Shown one piece after another: positions 9,838-20,114 of a stretch of 64,000 nucleotides of DNA; the stretch's first letter is position 1; the number at the start of each line of letters is the position of its first letter. Origin of the DNA: Sideroxydans sp. (GTDB lineage: Bacteria > Pseudomonadota > Gammaproteobacteria > Burkholderiales > Gallionellaceae); assembly GCA_036171075.1 (NCBI GenBank), contig JAVHQJ010000235.1, forward strand, positions 7,391 through 71,390, given 5' to 3'. Below the pieces are notes generated by a model, which searched no databases, was not told where the DNA came from, and was given only the letters and a program-made list of their open reading frames with translations. Both the position numbers and the translations under genes were made by a program.

Positions 9838-11198
9838 GTTTCGAGCTGCGCAAACTGCTGGAGAAGGAGAGCTATTTCGGTCTATTTCAGGCGTATGCCT
9901 ACGCGGGCATCATCAGCTCGGGGCCGTGGGTGCTGTCCATCATTGGTATTCTGTTCATCGGTTTCCTCAGTCTGGGCGTGGTTTATCCGCAGTTGGCGAT
10001 CGTGCAGTTCCAGGTGTCGGTCACCTACCTCATCATGAGTTCGCTCATCCTCACTGGCTTTATTCAGCTCGGCTTCACACGTTTCATCGCAGACAGCTTG
10101 TTCAGCATAAAGGAAAAGATCGTGTTGCCGAATTTCGCTAGTGTAATGCTGCTGGTGACCGGCATCAGCGGGCTGGTCGGGATGTCGGCGATCTATCTGT
10201 TCTTTCAAGGCACGAGCGTGACGTACCGCATGCTGATGCTGTCTGGCTTCGTCATTCTGAGCGCGATCTGGGTGGCGACGATTTTTCTGTCCGGCATGAA
10301 GCAATACAAAGAGATTGTGCTCATGTTTGCACTCGGTTACACGGTCACTGTGCTTGGCGCCTTACTGCTGCGCACGGAAGGTATGGAAGGCTTACTGCTC
10401 GGGTTCGTGATCGGGCATCTGGTGTTGCTGTTGGGGATGGTGGCGCTGATCCTGCGCGTTTTTCCGTTGCTCGACCAGACATTTGCTTTCGACTTCCTGC
10501 GCCCCGGGGCGATGTATAGCAGCCTGATCTGGTCGGGGTTTCTGTACAACTTCGCCGTGTGGGCCGACAAATTGATCTTCTGGTTCTATCCAGATACCAG
10601 TCAGGCCATCATCGGCCCGTTGCGCGCATCCTTGATTTATGATTTTCCGATTTTTCTCGCCTATCTGGCGATCATCCCGGGCATGGCGGTGTTTCTAGTG
10701 CGTATCGAGACCGACTTCGTCGAGTATTACGACAAGTTCTACGAAGCTGTGCGTGAAGGTGGTTCGCTCGACCACATCATGAACATGCGCGACAACATAC
10801 TGTTCACCGTGCGCCAGGGGCTGTTCGAGATATTCAAAATCCAGGCCATCGCGGTGCTGCTGGTGTTCGTGCTGGGCGAGAAGTTGCTCACCTGGCTCGG
10901 TATTTCCACACTGTATCTGCCGCTGCTGTACGTGGACGTGGTGGCGGCGGGTTTGCAGGTAGTGCTGCTCGGCGTGCTGAATATCTTCTTCTACCTCGAC
11001 AAGCGTCACATCGTGGTGTTCCTGTGCACGATATTACTCGTTTCGAATGTTGCGCTGACCTCTCTTAGTCTCTATCTGGGTGCGAGCTTTTACGGCTACG
11101 GCTTTGCCCTGTCCTTGCTGATCACCGTACTGGCTGGGATGCAAATGTTGTCGCGCAAGCTTGATTTGTTGGAGTACGAAACCTTTATGTTGCAATGA
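9825..11198 (+). CDS. pelG: PelG polysaccharide transporter
   Basis: MAGIGFELRK start, IISSGPW, WADK, multi-TM, ends YETFMLQ. Confidence 0.96.
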   Translation: MAGIGFELRKLLEKESYFGLFQAYAYAGIISSGPWVLSIIGILFIGFLSLGVVYPQLAIVQFQVSVTYLIMSSLILTGFIQLGFTRFIADSLFSIKEKIVLPNFASVMLLVTGISGLVGMSAIYLFFQGTSVTYRMLMLSGFVILSAIWVATIFLSGMKQYKEIVLMFALGYTVTVLGALLLRTEGMEGLLLGFVIGHLVLLLGMVALILRVFPLLDQTFAFDFLRPGAMYSSLIWSGFLYNFAVWADKLIFWFYPDTSQAIIGPLRASLIYDFPIFLAYLAIIPGMAVFLVRIETDFVEYYDKFYEAVREGGSLDHIMNMRDNILFTVRQGLFEIFKIQAIAVLLVFVLGEKLLTWLGISTLYLPLLYVDVVAAGLQVVLLGVLNIFFYLDKRHIVVFLCTILLVSNVALTSLSLYLGASFYGYGFALSLLITVLAGMQMLSRKLDLLEYETFMLQ

Positions 11199-11269
11199 CT
11201 GGGAGACGCAAGCCAGCGTCCCCAATAAATCAGAAGAAAACTCGCGTTTTCCAGTATGGAGGGGCAGGG

Positions 11270-11282
11270 TATAATGCGCGCC
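11270..11282 (+). promoter_or_regulatory. Probable sigma70 -10 element with GC-rich discriminator for fmdB-DUF502-aspS
   Basis: Perfect TATAAT at 11270-11275 followed by GCGCGCC, about 30 nt before the ATG; -35 is weak. Confidence 0.55.
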
Positions 11283-11304
11283 TTTCCGAATCTTTGACCC
11301 CCTA

Positions 11305-11514
11305 ATGCCTATTTACGAATACAAATGTAGTAGTTGTGGCTCACAGAAAGACGTGATGCAGAAGTACAGCGATGCGCCGCTCACGGTGTGTCCAGAGTGT
11401 GGCAAAGAGACCTTTGCCAAGCAACTTAGCGCACCTGGGTTTCAATTCAAAAGTGCATCGAATAGTTGCGATACGGGCGCATGTTCGACATGTCCGATGG
11501 CGGGAATGCACTGA
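11305..11514 (+). CDS. FmdB-family zinc-ribbon protein
   Basis: MPIYEYKCSSCG...CPECG; usual position before DUF502-aspS. Confidence 0.9.
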   Translation: MPIYEYKCSSCGSQKDVMQKYSDAPLTVCPECGKETFAKQLSAPGFQFKSASNSCDTGACSTCPMAGMH

Positions 11515-12131
11515 TGAAAAAATATCTCCTGACTGGACTGTTGGTACTGGTTCCGCTGGTCATTACCGTGTGGGTGTTGAGCTTCATTATTGGCATCCTC
11601 GATCAATCGCTGCTGCTGCTGCCTGATGCTTGGCATCCAGACAATCTATTAGGTATCCATATCCCCGGCTTGGGTGTCATCCTCACGGTCGTGGTGGTGC
11701 TGACCACAGGTTTGCTGGTGCGCAATGTGTTTGGTCAACGCTTGTTGTCTTGGTGGGAACAGGTGTTGCGTCGCATCCCTTTTGTGAATGCCATCTACAA
11801 CAGCGTCAAGCAGGTCAGCGACACCTTACTTTCCGAAAGCGGCAATGCGTTCGGTAAAGTCTTGCTAGTGCGTTACCCCCATGCCGAGTCTTGGTCGTTG
11901 GCATTTCAAACCAGCGTACCTGCGGAAGTGACGCGTAAGTTGGCGGGAGATGAGTACGTCGGCGTATTTGTGCCGACCACGCCTAGCCCTGTGAACGGCT
12001 TTTATTTCTACGTGAAAAAGTCAGAGACTATTGAACTCGACATCAGCGTGGATGCAGCTTTCAAAGCCATCATCTCGATGGGCGTAGTGACCACACCAGA
12101 AGCCCTCACCAAGATCAATCAACCCATTTAA
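11514..12131 (+). CDS. DUF502 membrane protein
   Basis: MKKYLLTGLLVLVPLVIT..., IYNSVKQVSD, VFVPTTPSP; ATG at 11514 overlaps the upstream stop. Confidence 0.9.
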   Translation: MKKYLLTGLLVLVPLVITVWVLSFIIGILDQSLLLLPDAWHPDNLLGIHIPGLGVILTVVVVLTTGLLVRNVFGQRLLSWWEQVLRRIPFVNAIYNSVKQVSDTLLSESGNAFGKVLLVRYPHAESWSLAFQTSVPAEVTRKLAGDEYVGVFVPTTPSPVNGFYFYVKKSETIELDISVDAAFKAIISMGVVTTPEALTKINQPI

Positions 12132-12170
12132 GTTTTTATTTTTTTGTAATCCTTACCTGTAACTCAAATT

Positions 12171-13967
12171 ATGCGAACTCATTACTGCGGACAACTTAAC
12201 GTTAATCATCTAGGCAACACCGTCACTCTGTGCGGTTGGGCACATCGTCGTCGTGACCACGGCGGGATCATTTTTATTGACCTGCGCGATCGCGAAGGGT
12301 TGGCGCAAATCGTGTGCGACCCTGATCGCCCTGATATGTTTGCGATTGCCGAATCGGTACGTAACGAATTTGTATTAAAAATTACAGGCCGTGTTCGTCG
12401 CCGTCCTGAAGGCACCGAGAACAAAAACATGCCTAGTGGCGAGATTGAACTGCTGTGCCACGAGATCGAAGTGTTGAACGTTGCGATCACCCCCCCGTTC
12501 CAATTGGATGATGAGAATCTGTCCGAGAACGTGCGCCTGACCCATCGCGTGATTGACCTGCGTCGTCCGCAAATGCAAAACAACATGATGCTGCGCTACA
12601 AGACCGCGCGTGCATTCCGCCGCTTCTTGGACGACAAAGGCTTTATCGACATCGAGACACCGATGCTCACCAAGTCCACCCCCGAAGGTGCACGTGACTA
12701 TCTCGTGCCGTCGCGCGTGCACGCAGGTGATTTCTTTGCCTTGCCGCAATCGCCACAGTTGTTCAAACAGATGTTGATGGTGGCGGGTTTCGATCGCTAC
12801 TATCAGATCACCAAGTGCTTCCGCGACGAAGACTTGCGTGCAGATCGCCAACCTGAATTCACCCAAGTCGATGTGGAAACTTCTTTCATGTCTGAAGAGC
12901 AGATCATGGAGATGATGGAAGAGATGATTCGCGTGGTGTTTAAGGAGGCGCTGAATGTCGCCTTGCCGAATCCCTTCCCCCGTATGCCTTATGCGGAAGC
13001 AATGAATCGCTTCGGCTCGGACAAGCCTGATTTGCGCGTGACGCTCGAAATCATCGACGTGACGGATGCCATGAAAGAGGTGGCATTCAAGGTGTTCGCA
13101 GGGGTGGCCAACTCGGACAATGGTCGAGTCGCGGCATTGCGCGTACCGAATGGCGGCGCGATTTCGCGCAGCGAGATTGATGAATACACCAAGTTCGTCA
13201 GCATCTACGGTGCGAAGGGTTTGGCTTACATCAAGGTCAACGACATCACGCAATTGAACGACACTGGCTTGCAATCGCCCATCGTCAAGAACCTGAGCGA
13301 GGCAGCGTTAAGAACCGTCATCGAACGTACTGGTGCGCAAAACGGCGACATCATTTTCTTTGGCGCAGACAAGACCAAGATCGTGAACGATGCGTTGGGC
13401 GCATTGCGTACCAAGATTGGTCACGCTAAAGGCCATGTGAATGGCAAGGCATGGGAACCCTTGTGGGTCGTGGATTTCCCCATGTTTGAATACGACGACG
13501 AAGGCAAACGTTGGAACGCCTGTCACCATCCGTTCACCTCACCCAAAGACGAGCACCTGCAATTCTTGGAAACCGATCCGGGCAAGTGCTTGGCTAAAGC
13601 CTACGACTTGGCGCTCAACGGTTGGGAAATTGGTGGCGGCTCAATACGTATCCACAAAGAAGCAGTGCAAAGCCAAGTATTCCGCGCGCTCAACATCGGT
13701 GCAGAAGAAGCACAACTCAAGTTCGGCTTCCTATTGGATGCGCTGCAATACGGCGCGCCACCTCATGGCGGTCTAGCCTTCGGTCTGGATCGCATCGTCA
13801 CCATGATGACGGGTGCGGAATCTATCCGTGACGTGATCGCCTTCCCCAAGACGCAACGTGCACAGTGTCTGCTGACACAAGCACCAAGCGCCGTGGATGA
13901 GAAGCAGTTGCGTGAGTTGCACATCCGTCTGCGCACCCCTGCTGTGGTTGAAGCGCCCCAGGAGTAA
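12171..13967 (+). CDS. aspS: Aspartate-tRNA ligase, probably the non-discriminating Asp/Asn type
   Basis: MRTHYCG, RRDHGG (His typical of non-discriminating AspRS), [30 protein letters not shown]. Confidence 0.98.
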   Translation: MRTHYCGQLNVNHLGNTVTLCGWAHRRRDHGGIIFIDLRDREGLAQIVCDPDRPDMFAIAESVRNEFVLKITGRVRRRPEGTENKNMPSGEIELLCHEIEVLNVAITPPFQLDDENLSENVRLTHRVIDLRRPQMQNNMMLRYKTARAFRRFLDDKGFIDIETPMLTKSTPEGARDYLVPSRVHAGDFFALPQSPQLFKQMLMVAGFDRYYQITKCFRDEDLRADRQPEFTQVDVETSFMSEEQIMEMMEEMIRVVFKEALNVALPNPFPRMPYAEAMNRFGSDKPDLRVTLEIIDVTDAMKEVAFKVFAGVANSDNGRVAALRVPNGGAISRSEIDEYTKFVSIYGAKGLAYIKVNDITQLNDTGLQSPIVKNLSEAALRTVIERTGAQNGDIIFFGADKTKIVNDALGALRTKIGHAKGHVNGKAWEPLWVVDFPMFEYDDEGKRWNACHHPFTSPKDEHLQFLETDPGKCLAKAYDLALNGWEIGGGSIRIHKEAVQSQVFRALNIGAEEAQLKFGFLLDALQYGAPPHGGLAFGLDRIVTMMTGAESIRDVIAFPKTQRAQCLLTQAPSAVDEKQLRELHIRLRTPAVVEAPQE

Positions 13968-13973
13968 TAGGGA

Positions 13974-14879
13974 ATGGCAATTCCTGACTTTCAGACTTTA
14001 ATGCTTCCGTTGTTGAAGCTGTTGGCTGATAAGCAGGAACATGCCATGCGTGATGTTGCAGTGACGCTGTCAGACCAATTCAACTTGACTGAAGATGAGC
14101 GTAATGTTGCGTCTGAAGTGAGCGGTCAAGCTGTGATGTACAACCGTACTGCGTGGGCGAAGACATATTTGAAAAAAGCAGGATTGCTTGAGCAAACTAG
14201 GCGAGGCTGCTTCAAAATTTCTGAGAGTGGTGCGAAGGTGTTGAAGTCACCGCCCTCGGCTATCAATATAAAATTTCTCAAGCAATTTACTGAATTCGCG
14301 GATATGCAAAATCAGCTAGACCCTGCGCAGAAAAATCAATTGTTACCCGAGATTCAGACAGAGACACCGGAAGAACTGATTGATAGCGGAGCGAAAGCGA
14401 TACATGCAGCACTTGCTGATGAGGTGCTGCTGCGTATCAAAAGCTGCTCTCCTGCATTCTTCGAAAGACTCGTGGTTGAGTTGCTTGTTAAGATGGGATA
14501 CGGCGGAAGTAGGCAAGATGCTGGCAGAGCCATCGGTCGAAGCGGTGATGAAGGCATTGATGGCGTGATTTACGAAGATCGTCTCGGTTTGGATGTCATT
14601 TATCTTCAAGCAAAACGGTGGGAAGGCGTGGTCGGTCGCCCCGAAATTCAGAAATTTGTGGGTGCATTACAAGGTCAGCGAGCTAAAAAAGGCGTGTTCA
14701 TTACCACCTCTGATTTCACTAAAGAGGCAGTCGAATATGTGCGCAATATCGACAACAAAGTGGTGCTTATCAATGGAAACTTACTGGGTAGCCTAATGAT
14801 AGGCAGCAATGTTGGTGTGTCACTCGCTGCGACTTACGAAATCAAGAAGATTGATTCTGACTATTTTCTTGAGGAGTGA
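13974..14879 (+). CDS. mrr: Mrr type IV (modification-dependent) restriction endonuclease
   Basis: Mrr_N start MAIPDFQTLMLPLL, WAKTYLKKAGLL; catalytic DEGIDG...YLQAKRW; GVFITTS. Confidence 0.93.
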   Translation: MAIPDFQTLMLPLLKLLADKQEHAMRDVAVTLSDQFNLTEDERNVASEVSGQAVMYNRTAWAKTYLKKAGLLEQTRRGCFKISESGAKVLKSPPSAINIKFLKQFTEFADMQNQLDPAQKNQLLPEIQTETPEELIDSGAKAIHAALADEVLLRIKSCSPAFFERLVVELLVKMGYGGSRQDAGRAIGRSGDEGIDGVIYEDRLGLDVIYLQAKRWEGVVGRPEIQKFVGALQGQRAKKGVFITTSDFTKEAVEYVRNIDNKVVLINGNLLGSLMIGSNVGVSLAATYEIKKIDSDYFLEE

Positions 14880-15313
14880 AAATGAGATTTAGTAAGAAGG
14901 CGGGATTCATACTGATTCTTATACTTTCAATTGTGATGGTTGTGGCGCAAGCGCGTAACCATCACTCGCATCATCCTGCGCAAGCTACTGCTAACGAGCC
15001 TTCGCAAACTGCTGCGCGGGAAGAGGTGGCGGGCGACAGCATCTTGGTGGCGCAACTGCCGCCCGAAGGACGCGACACACTGCAACTCATTCAGCGCGGT
15101 GGCCCCTTTCCTTATCCGCGCGATGGTGTGGTGTTCAGCAACTTCGAGCGTGTCCTGCCGCAGAAACAGCGCGGCTATTACCACGAGTACACCGTCAAGA
15201 CACCGGGCATCAGTCATCGTGGCGCGCGCCGCATCGTGTGTGGTGTCGTTCCCGAGTGTTACTACACTTCCGACCACTACCAATCGTTCAAACGTATCGT
15301 GGAGGCGCGCTGA
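14876..15313 (+). CDS. Secreted guanyl-specific ribonuclease (RNase Sa/N1/barnase-like family)
   Basis: Signal peptide; GGPFPYPRDGVVFSNFERVLP, GYYHEYTV, RGARRIV, YYTSDHYQSF. Confidence 0.92.
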   Translation: MKMRFSKKAGFILILILSIVMVVAQARNHHSHHPAQATANEPSQTAAREEVAGDSILVAQLPPEGRDTLQLIQRGGPFPYPRDGVVFSNFERVLPQKQRGYYHEYTVKTPGISHRGARRIVCGVVPECYYTSDHYQSFKRIVEAR

Positions 15314-15687
15314 TGGAAGACTTGTGCTATCTGCTGAAAGATGCGAAGGGAGCGGGGGTGTATCGCCTTAACTGCACGTTGGAGGCGTTACATGAGTCCG
15401 TGCAACGCGCAGGTTTTTCTATGTTCGAGGTGGACATCGCCTCCGCGCATGGCAAAGGCGAAGTGTTGGCCGAGATAGCGCGCGCCATCCGTGCACCGGA
15501 TTGGTTCGGCCACAACTGGGATGCACTGGCGGATGCGCTCGGCGATCTCTCTTGGAATCCAGCCCCCGGCTATGTCTTGCTGTTGCGCGGCGAACATCCT
15601 GCTGAAGTTGTGCTGGATGAGGTGCTGTATGCGGCCGTAGATTTTTGGCGCTTGCAGGGCAAACCGTTCTGGGTTTTCTTTGCCTAA
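15313..15687 (+). CDS. Barstar-family ribonuclease inhibitor
   Basis: PDWFGHNWDALADALGDLSW motif; coupled to the RNase gene (TGATG). Confidence 0.92.
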   Translation: MEDLCYLLKDAKGAGVYRLNCTLEALHESVQRAGFSMFEVDIASAHGKGEVLAEIARAIRAPDWFGHNWDALADALGDLSWNPAPGYVLLLRGEHPAEVVLDEVLYAAVDFWRLQGKPFWVFFA

Positions 15688-16136
15688 TGTTGCGTACCAA
15701 GCAACCCATCTCGGTATTGGTTGTCATCTACACCTCTGCACTTGATGTGTTACTGCTAGAACGTGCCGACCATCCTGGTTACTGGCAATCGGTGACGGGC
15801 AGTCACGAAAACGCAGAAGCATTGCGCGATACCGTGATACGCGAAGTGGCTGAAGAAACAGGATTGAATGCGGCACATTTCACGCTCACCGATTGGCAGC
15901 AACAAAATACATACGAAATCTATCCGCACTGGCGGCATCGCTATCCTGAAGGCATCACGCAAAACACCGAGCATGTGTTTGGCCTGCAACTTGAGCAACC
16001 GCAAAAAATTACAATCTCCCCGCGCGAACATCTGAATGCACAATGGTTGCCATGGCAAGAGGCTGCGCATAAAGTCTTTTCGCCGAGTAACCGAGAAGCG
16101 ATATTGCAACTGTCAGAAAGAATCCAGCATGTCTGA
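15687..16136 (+). CDS. nudB: Dihydroneopterin triphosphate diphosphatase (Nudix)
   Basis: [21 protein letters not shown] Nudix box, HWRHRYP, NTEHVF. Confidence 0.93.
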   Translation: MLRTKQPISVLVVIYTSALDVLLLERADHPGYWQSVTGSHENAEALRDTVIREVAEETGLNAAHFTLTDWQQQNTYEIYPHWRHRYPEGITQNTEHVFGLQLEQPQKITISPREHLNAQWLPWQEAAHKVFSPSNREAILQLSERIQHV

Positions 16137-17226
16137 AAATATCATCCACATTGACTACGATTATCCCGACACAGCACAAACCAGTTGCAGTACTGCCCAT
16201 GCGTGGGCGAAAAAGCCGCGTGAGCCAGAGCCGCTTGAGAAGGCCGCGCTGATTGCGGACATTAAGCGCATGCTGATAGAACAAAATGCGGTGCTGGTGG
16301 CGCACTATTACGTGCATCCCGATTTGCAGGATTTGGCGGAAGCGACAGGCGGCATTGTTTCTGATTCCTTGGACATGGCGAATTTCGGTTTTCGTCATCC
16401 CGCCCAAACCGTGGTGGTGGCAGGCGTGCGTTTTATGGGCGAGACGGCAAAAATTTTAAGTCCAGAAAAGCGCGTGTTGATGCCCGATTTGGAAGCAGAA
16501 TGCTCATTGGATTTAGGCTGTCCGATTGATGAATTTTCTGCGTTCTGTGATGCGCATCCCGAGCGCACGGTGGTGGTGTATGCCAATACCAGTGCGGCAG
16601 TGAAGGCGCGCGCGGATTGGATGGTGACCAGCTCTATCGCACTGCCCATCGTTTCGCATTTGAAGGCGCAAGGTAAGAAAATTTTGTGGGCGCCAGATCG
16701 ACATTTGGGTAGCTATATTCAAGAGCAAACAGGCGCAGACATGTTGATGTGGCAAGGTTCGTGTCTGGTGCATGATGAATATAAGTCGCACGAACTAGCC
16801 GCCATGAAAGCACAGTATCCACACGCTAAAGTGCTGGTGCATCCCGAGTCGCCGCGCGCCGTGGTGCAGTTGGCGGATGTGGTGGGTTCGACGTCAAAGC
16901 TGATTCAGGCGGCGCAAAGTTTAGCGGCGACCACTTTCATCGTGGCGACGGATAGCGGCATTCTGCATAAAATGCGCACGCTGTGTCCGACCAAGATTTT
17001 TTTGGAAGCGCCTACGGCGGGTAAGGGCGCAAACTGTAAGAGTTGTAGTCACTGTCCGTGGATGGCGATGAATGGGCTGCTTAATTTGGCCGAAGTTTTA
17101 CATTCTGGAAAGAATGAAATTCATATTGATTCGACTATCATTCCGCAAGCAGTCAAGCCGATTCAACGTATGCTCGATTTTGCGCAGCAGATTAAACTGC
17201 CCACTCGCGGCATTGGTAACGCATAA
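16129..17226 (+). CDS. nadA: Quinolinate synthase
   Basis: [47 protein letters not shown]. Confidence 0.97.
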   Translation: MSENIIHIDYDYPDTAQTSCSTAHAWAKKPREPEPLEKAALIADIKRMLIEQNAVLVAHYYVHPDLQDLAEATGGIVSDSLDMANFGFRHPAQTVVVAGVRFMGETAKILSPEKRVLMPDLEAECSLDLGCPIDEFSAFCDAHPERTVVVYANTSAAVKARADWMVTSSIALPIVSHLKAQGKKILWAPDRHLGSYIQEQTGADMLMWQGSCLVHDEYKSHELAAMKAQYPHAKVLVHPESPRAVVQLADVVGSTSKLIQAAQSLAATTFIVATDSGILHKMRTLCPTKIFLEAPTAGKGANCKSCSHCPWMAMNGLLNLAEVLHSGKNEIHIDSTIIPQAVKPIQRMLDFAQQIKLPTRGIGNA

Positions 17227-17246
17227 AACCTCACTTGAATAATTAA

Positions 17247-20114
17247 ATGGCGAACCCAAGCGACACTCTACACAGTACTAGCGACGCTTCTCTTACTTTG
17301 AAAAAAGCAGAAGCAGCAGCCGTGCCTGAAAAAATGAGCCGAGAAGATGCGGCGCAAGTCATTATGCGTGCGCAGCAAGTAGAAGCTGAACAACGTGCGG
17401 CTAATTTAGCTAGGTTACGCGATAGGGCGCAAAATGTGGCGGGTGCGTTTGCAGCGCCCGCCGTGACGCCCCCTACGCCCGCTGTTGTTCCTTCCGTTGT
17501 GGTATCTGAGTTAAATCCACCTAGACTGACGCAAGTTGTAGAGCCGCCTATTGATCCACATGTTGAACAATTAGCGCAAGCCAAACAACAACGTGTTGAA
17601 GCATCGCGCTTGGCGCGCGAAGAAGCGAAACGCCGTGTTGTAATGGAAAACGCTTTGCGTGAAAAAGAGCAGAGCTTGGCGCAACGCGAGCGTGAGCTAC
17701 AAGCGCAAATTGCTCATCGCATTGAGCAAGCCAAACAAGCTGAAGCCGCGCTTCAGGCGCAGTTGGAAGAGAGTCAAGTGTTGGTTGCGCGCGATGCGGA
17801 ACAGTTACGCATTCAATACGAGAATGAACAGGCCGCACTTAAATCGTCACTGAATCAGCAAGCGCACGCGCAATACGTGTTGCGTCAAAGTGAAAAATCT
17901 GCCATTGAAAAAGAGCAGGTGGCTGCTAAACAGGCGGCACTTGCGTTGAAGCAACGTATTGATGCGGCAGAACATGCGAAACAACAAGCTTTGCATCGTG
18001 CGCAGTTAGAACAAGAATTAAAGGATAAAGAGTTGTGTATGGCGCAGCGTGAGCAAGAGCTGCAAGCGCGCATTGCCGAACGTATTGAAGTGGCGGAAAA
18101 AGCAGAAGCCTTGGCGCAACAGCGTATTGCTGCAGAACAGGCAGTCACGCAAGCGGGCATGTTGCAATTAGATGCCGAGCAATCTGCCATTGCGCAGTCG
18201 ACGCAAATGTTGCGCGAGAAAATTGCAAAAATGAAATCCGATACCACGCAAGTGTTGCTGGCGAAACGGGCGCAAGAAGAAGCTGAATTGCAGCGCCTGC
18301 AACAAGAGGCGGCCCAGTATGAAAAGGAAAATCTCCTTACCCGTGCTATCCACCAAGATTTGCAGAAGAAAAAAGCCCAACAGGAAGCACTCTTGCAACA
18401 AGTTGAAGCAGAAGCGGCCGCAAAATTAGAGGCAGCTAATCAAGCGGTTCAAGAAGCCGAAAGAAGGTTGAAAATTGAAAATGAAGCGCGCGCAGAGGCG
18501 CAATGTAAGCTTCAGTTGGAAACTGAATTACAAGCGCAACAACAAGCGGTAGCGCTACGCGAACGTGAATTACAAGACCAAATTAAACAGCGGATTCAGG
18601 CAGAAAAAACTGCCGAATCATTAATTCAAGAACGCTTGCATGCGGAATTAGAGGCTACTCAACAGCAGCAACAATTAGTGGCACAACAACAAGCGGCGAT
18701 TGAATTGGTGCGTGAATCGTTGCGCCAAAAATTGGCGCAAGCGGATGCTGCGATTGCAGCGGCAGTTGCGCAGTTGCCAGAGCGAACACTTTTGTTGCAG
18801 GCCGAAGCGGCTGAAGCGGTAAGCCAGTCGCACCATGCTGATATTGAAGCGACCATAAAACGGCGTATCGAAAAAGCTGAGTTGGTGCGCGCTGAAGCTG
18901 AACGTCGCTTGGCATTAGAAGAGGAGCTGCACGCCCAAGAAAAAGCCGCCGAGGTTAAAGAGTTGGAATTACAAGTGCAGATTGCCGAGCATATTGAGGC
19001 ACTTCAGCATGCGCAAGCAGAAAAGAAAGCGCAGATGGAAGCCGCTGCACAAGCCGAGTTAGAGGTTTTGAGTCGTCGCCATCAAGTTGAAATGGACGCG
19101 GCGGAAAAAAGTCGCATCGAAAAGGCAGAATTGGTGAAAGCGGAAATGGAGCGCCGTTTGGCATTGGAAGCTGACTTGCTCGCGCAAGAAAAGGCCGCCG
19201 AAGAAAAAGAACTTGAATTACAAATGCAAATTGCCGAGCGCATTGAAGCAGCACAGCAGGTACAAGCCGCTGCACAAGCACGTATTGAGGCGGAGTTGGC
19301 TGCTACCCAAGCTGAACAGCATCAACAATTTGTGTTGGCTAGCGCGCAAGCAGAATTAAGCCAAAAAGTAGAAGCGTTACAGGCACAGTTACCGCAGGCA
19401 ATGCAGGAATTGCCCGAAAATGCTTTGCTTAAGCAAGCTGAAGACGCGCTGGCTGCTACCCAAGCACGTACCCTAGAAGCCGAAGAAGCGGCACGTCAAC
19501 GTGTGGCGTTGGCCAGTGCGGCGCAGGCTGAAGCTGAACAGCGGAGCGCGCTGGAAGCAGAATTGTTAGCCCAAGAGCAGGCTAATTTTGCACAAGAACG
19601 CGCACTGCAAGCGCAGATGGCAGCGCAACTAGAGGCGGCAAAACAGGCTGAATTCGCCACGCAAGCGCGTATTGAAGCCGAGCTTGCATTAACGCAAGCC
19701 GCACAACGCAAACAAGAAGAACAGCAGGCTGCGATTGCGTTGGCACAATCGCAAAAAGCAACACTGGATACGGCGCAGTTAGAAACAATGAGTGAACAAA
19801 ATGTGCTGCAAAATGGCGAGCATACGGTTGAAGTGCTTCCTGCCTCGCATTCCATCAGGGTCATTGAGCAAACTGACTATGTGCCGCTCCCTGCGCGCCG
19901 CTGGAATGTATTTGCGCTATCAGGCTGGTTTGCGGCGGCGGCATTGGCGGTCGTCTTTTATGTGCAATATGGGGCACAAAAACAAGTGAGCGTGCCCGCC
20001 GTTACCCCAGTGCAAGCAGTGGTGCCGCCGCCTAGCGAGGTGGGTGTGACGCCAGTCGAATCGAATTCAGATTTGAAATTATCGACCGAACTACAATCCC
20101 TGCCCGCGCAATGA
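17247..20114 (+). CDS. Uncharacterised 955-aa A/Q/E-rich repetitive coiled-coil protein with C-terminal TM anchor
   Basis: Long ORF, nearly Pro/Gly-free helical body with about six repeats (LExEL...ExELQxQIAxRIE); TM FALSGWFAAAALAVVFYV near the C-terminus. Confidence 0.85.
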   Translation: MANPSDTLHSTSDASLTLKKAEAAAVPEKMSREDAAQVIMRAQQVEAEQRAANLARLRDRAQNVAGAFAAPAVTPPTPAVVPSVVVSELNPPRLTQVVEPPIDPHVEQLAQAKQQRVEASRLAREEAKRRVVMENALREKEQSLAQRERELQAQIAHRIEQAKQAEAALQAQLEESQVLVARDAEQLRIQYENEQAALKSSLNQQAHAQYVLRQSEKSAIEKEQVAAKQAALALKQRIDAAEHAKQQALHRAQLEQELKDKELCMAQREQELQARIAERIEVAEKAEALAQQRIAAEQAVTQAGMLQLDAEQSAIAQSTQMLREKIAKMKSDTTQVLLAKRAQEEAELQRLQQEAAQYEKENLLTRAIHQDLQKKKAQQEALLQQVEAEAAAKLEAANQAVQEAERRLKIENEARAEAQCKLQLETELQAQQQAVALRERELQDQIKQRIQAEKTAESLIQERLHAELEATQQQQQLVAQQQAAIELVRESLRQKLAQADAAIAAAVAQLPERTLLLQAEAAEAVSQSHHADIEATIKRRIEKAELVRAEAERRLALEEELHAQEKAAEVKELELQVQIAEHIEALQHAQAEKKAQMEAAAQAELEVLSRRHQVEMDAAEKSRIEKAELVKAEMERRLALEADLLAQEKAAEEKELELQMQIAERIEAAQQVQAAAQARIEAELAATQAEQHQQFVLASAQAELSQKVEALQAQLPQAMQELPENALLKQAEDALAATQARTLEAEEAARQRVALASAAQAEAEQRSALEAELLAQEQANFAQERALQAQMAAQLEAAKQAEFATQARIEAELALTQAAQRKQEEQQAAIALAQSQKATLDTAQLETMSEQNVLQNGEHTVEVLPASHSIRVIEQTDYVPLPARRWNVFALSGWFAAAALAVVFYVQYGAQKQVSVPAVTPVQAVVPPPSEVGVTPVESNSDLKLSTELQSLPAQ

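Noticed and set aside
11200-11225. Hairpin after pelG as an intrinsic terminator
   Set aside because: The stem is imperfect and has no U-tract on the + strand; too weak to call.
17247-20114. SMC, TolA or phage tape-measure assignment for the coiled-coil protein
   Set aside because: No Walker motifs; the TM is C-terminal rather than N-terminal as in TolA; no phage genes nearby.
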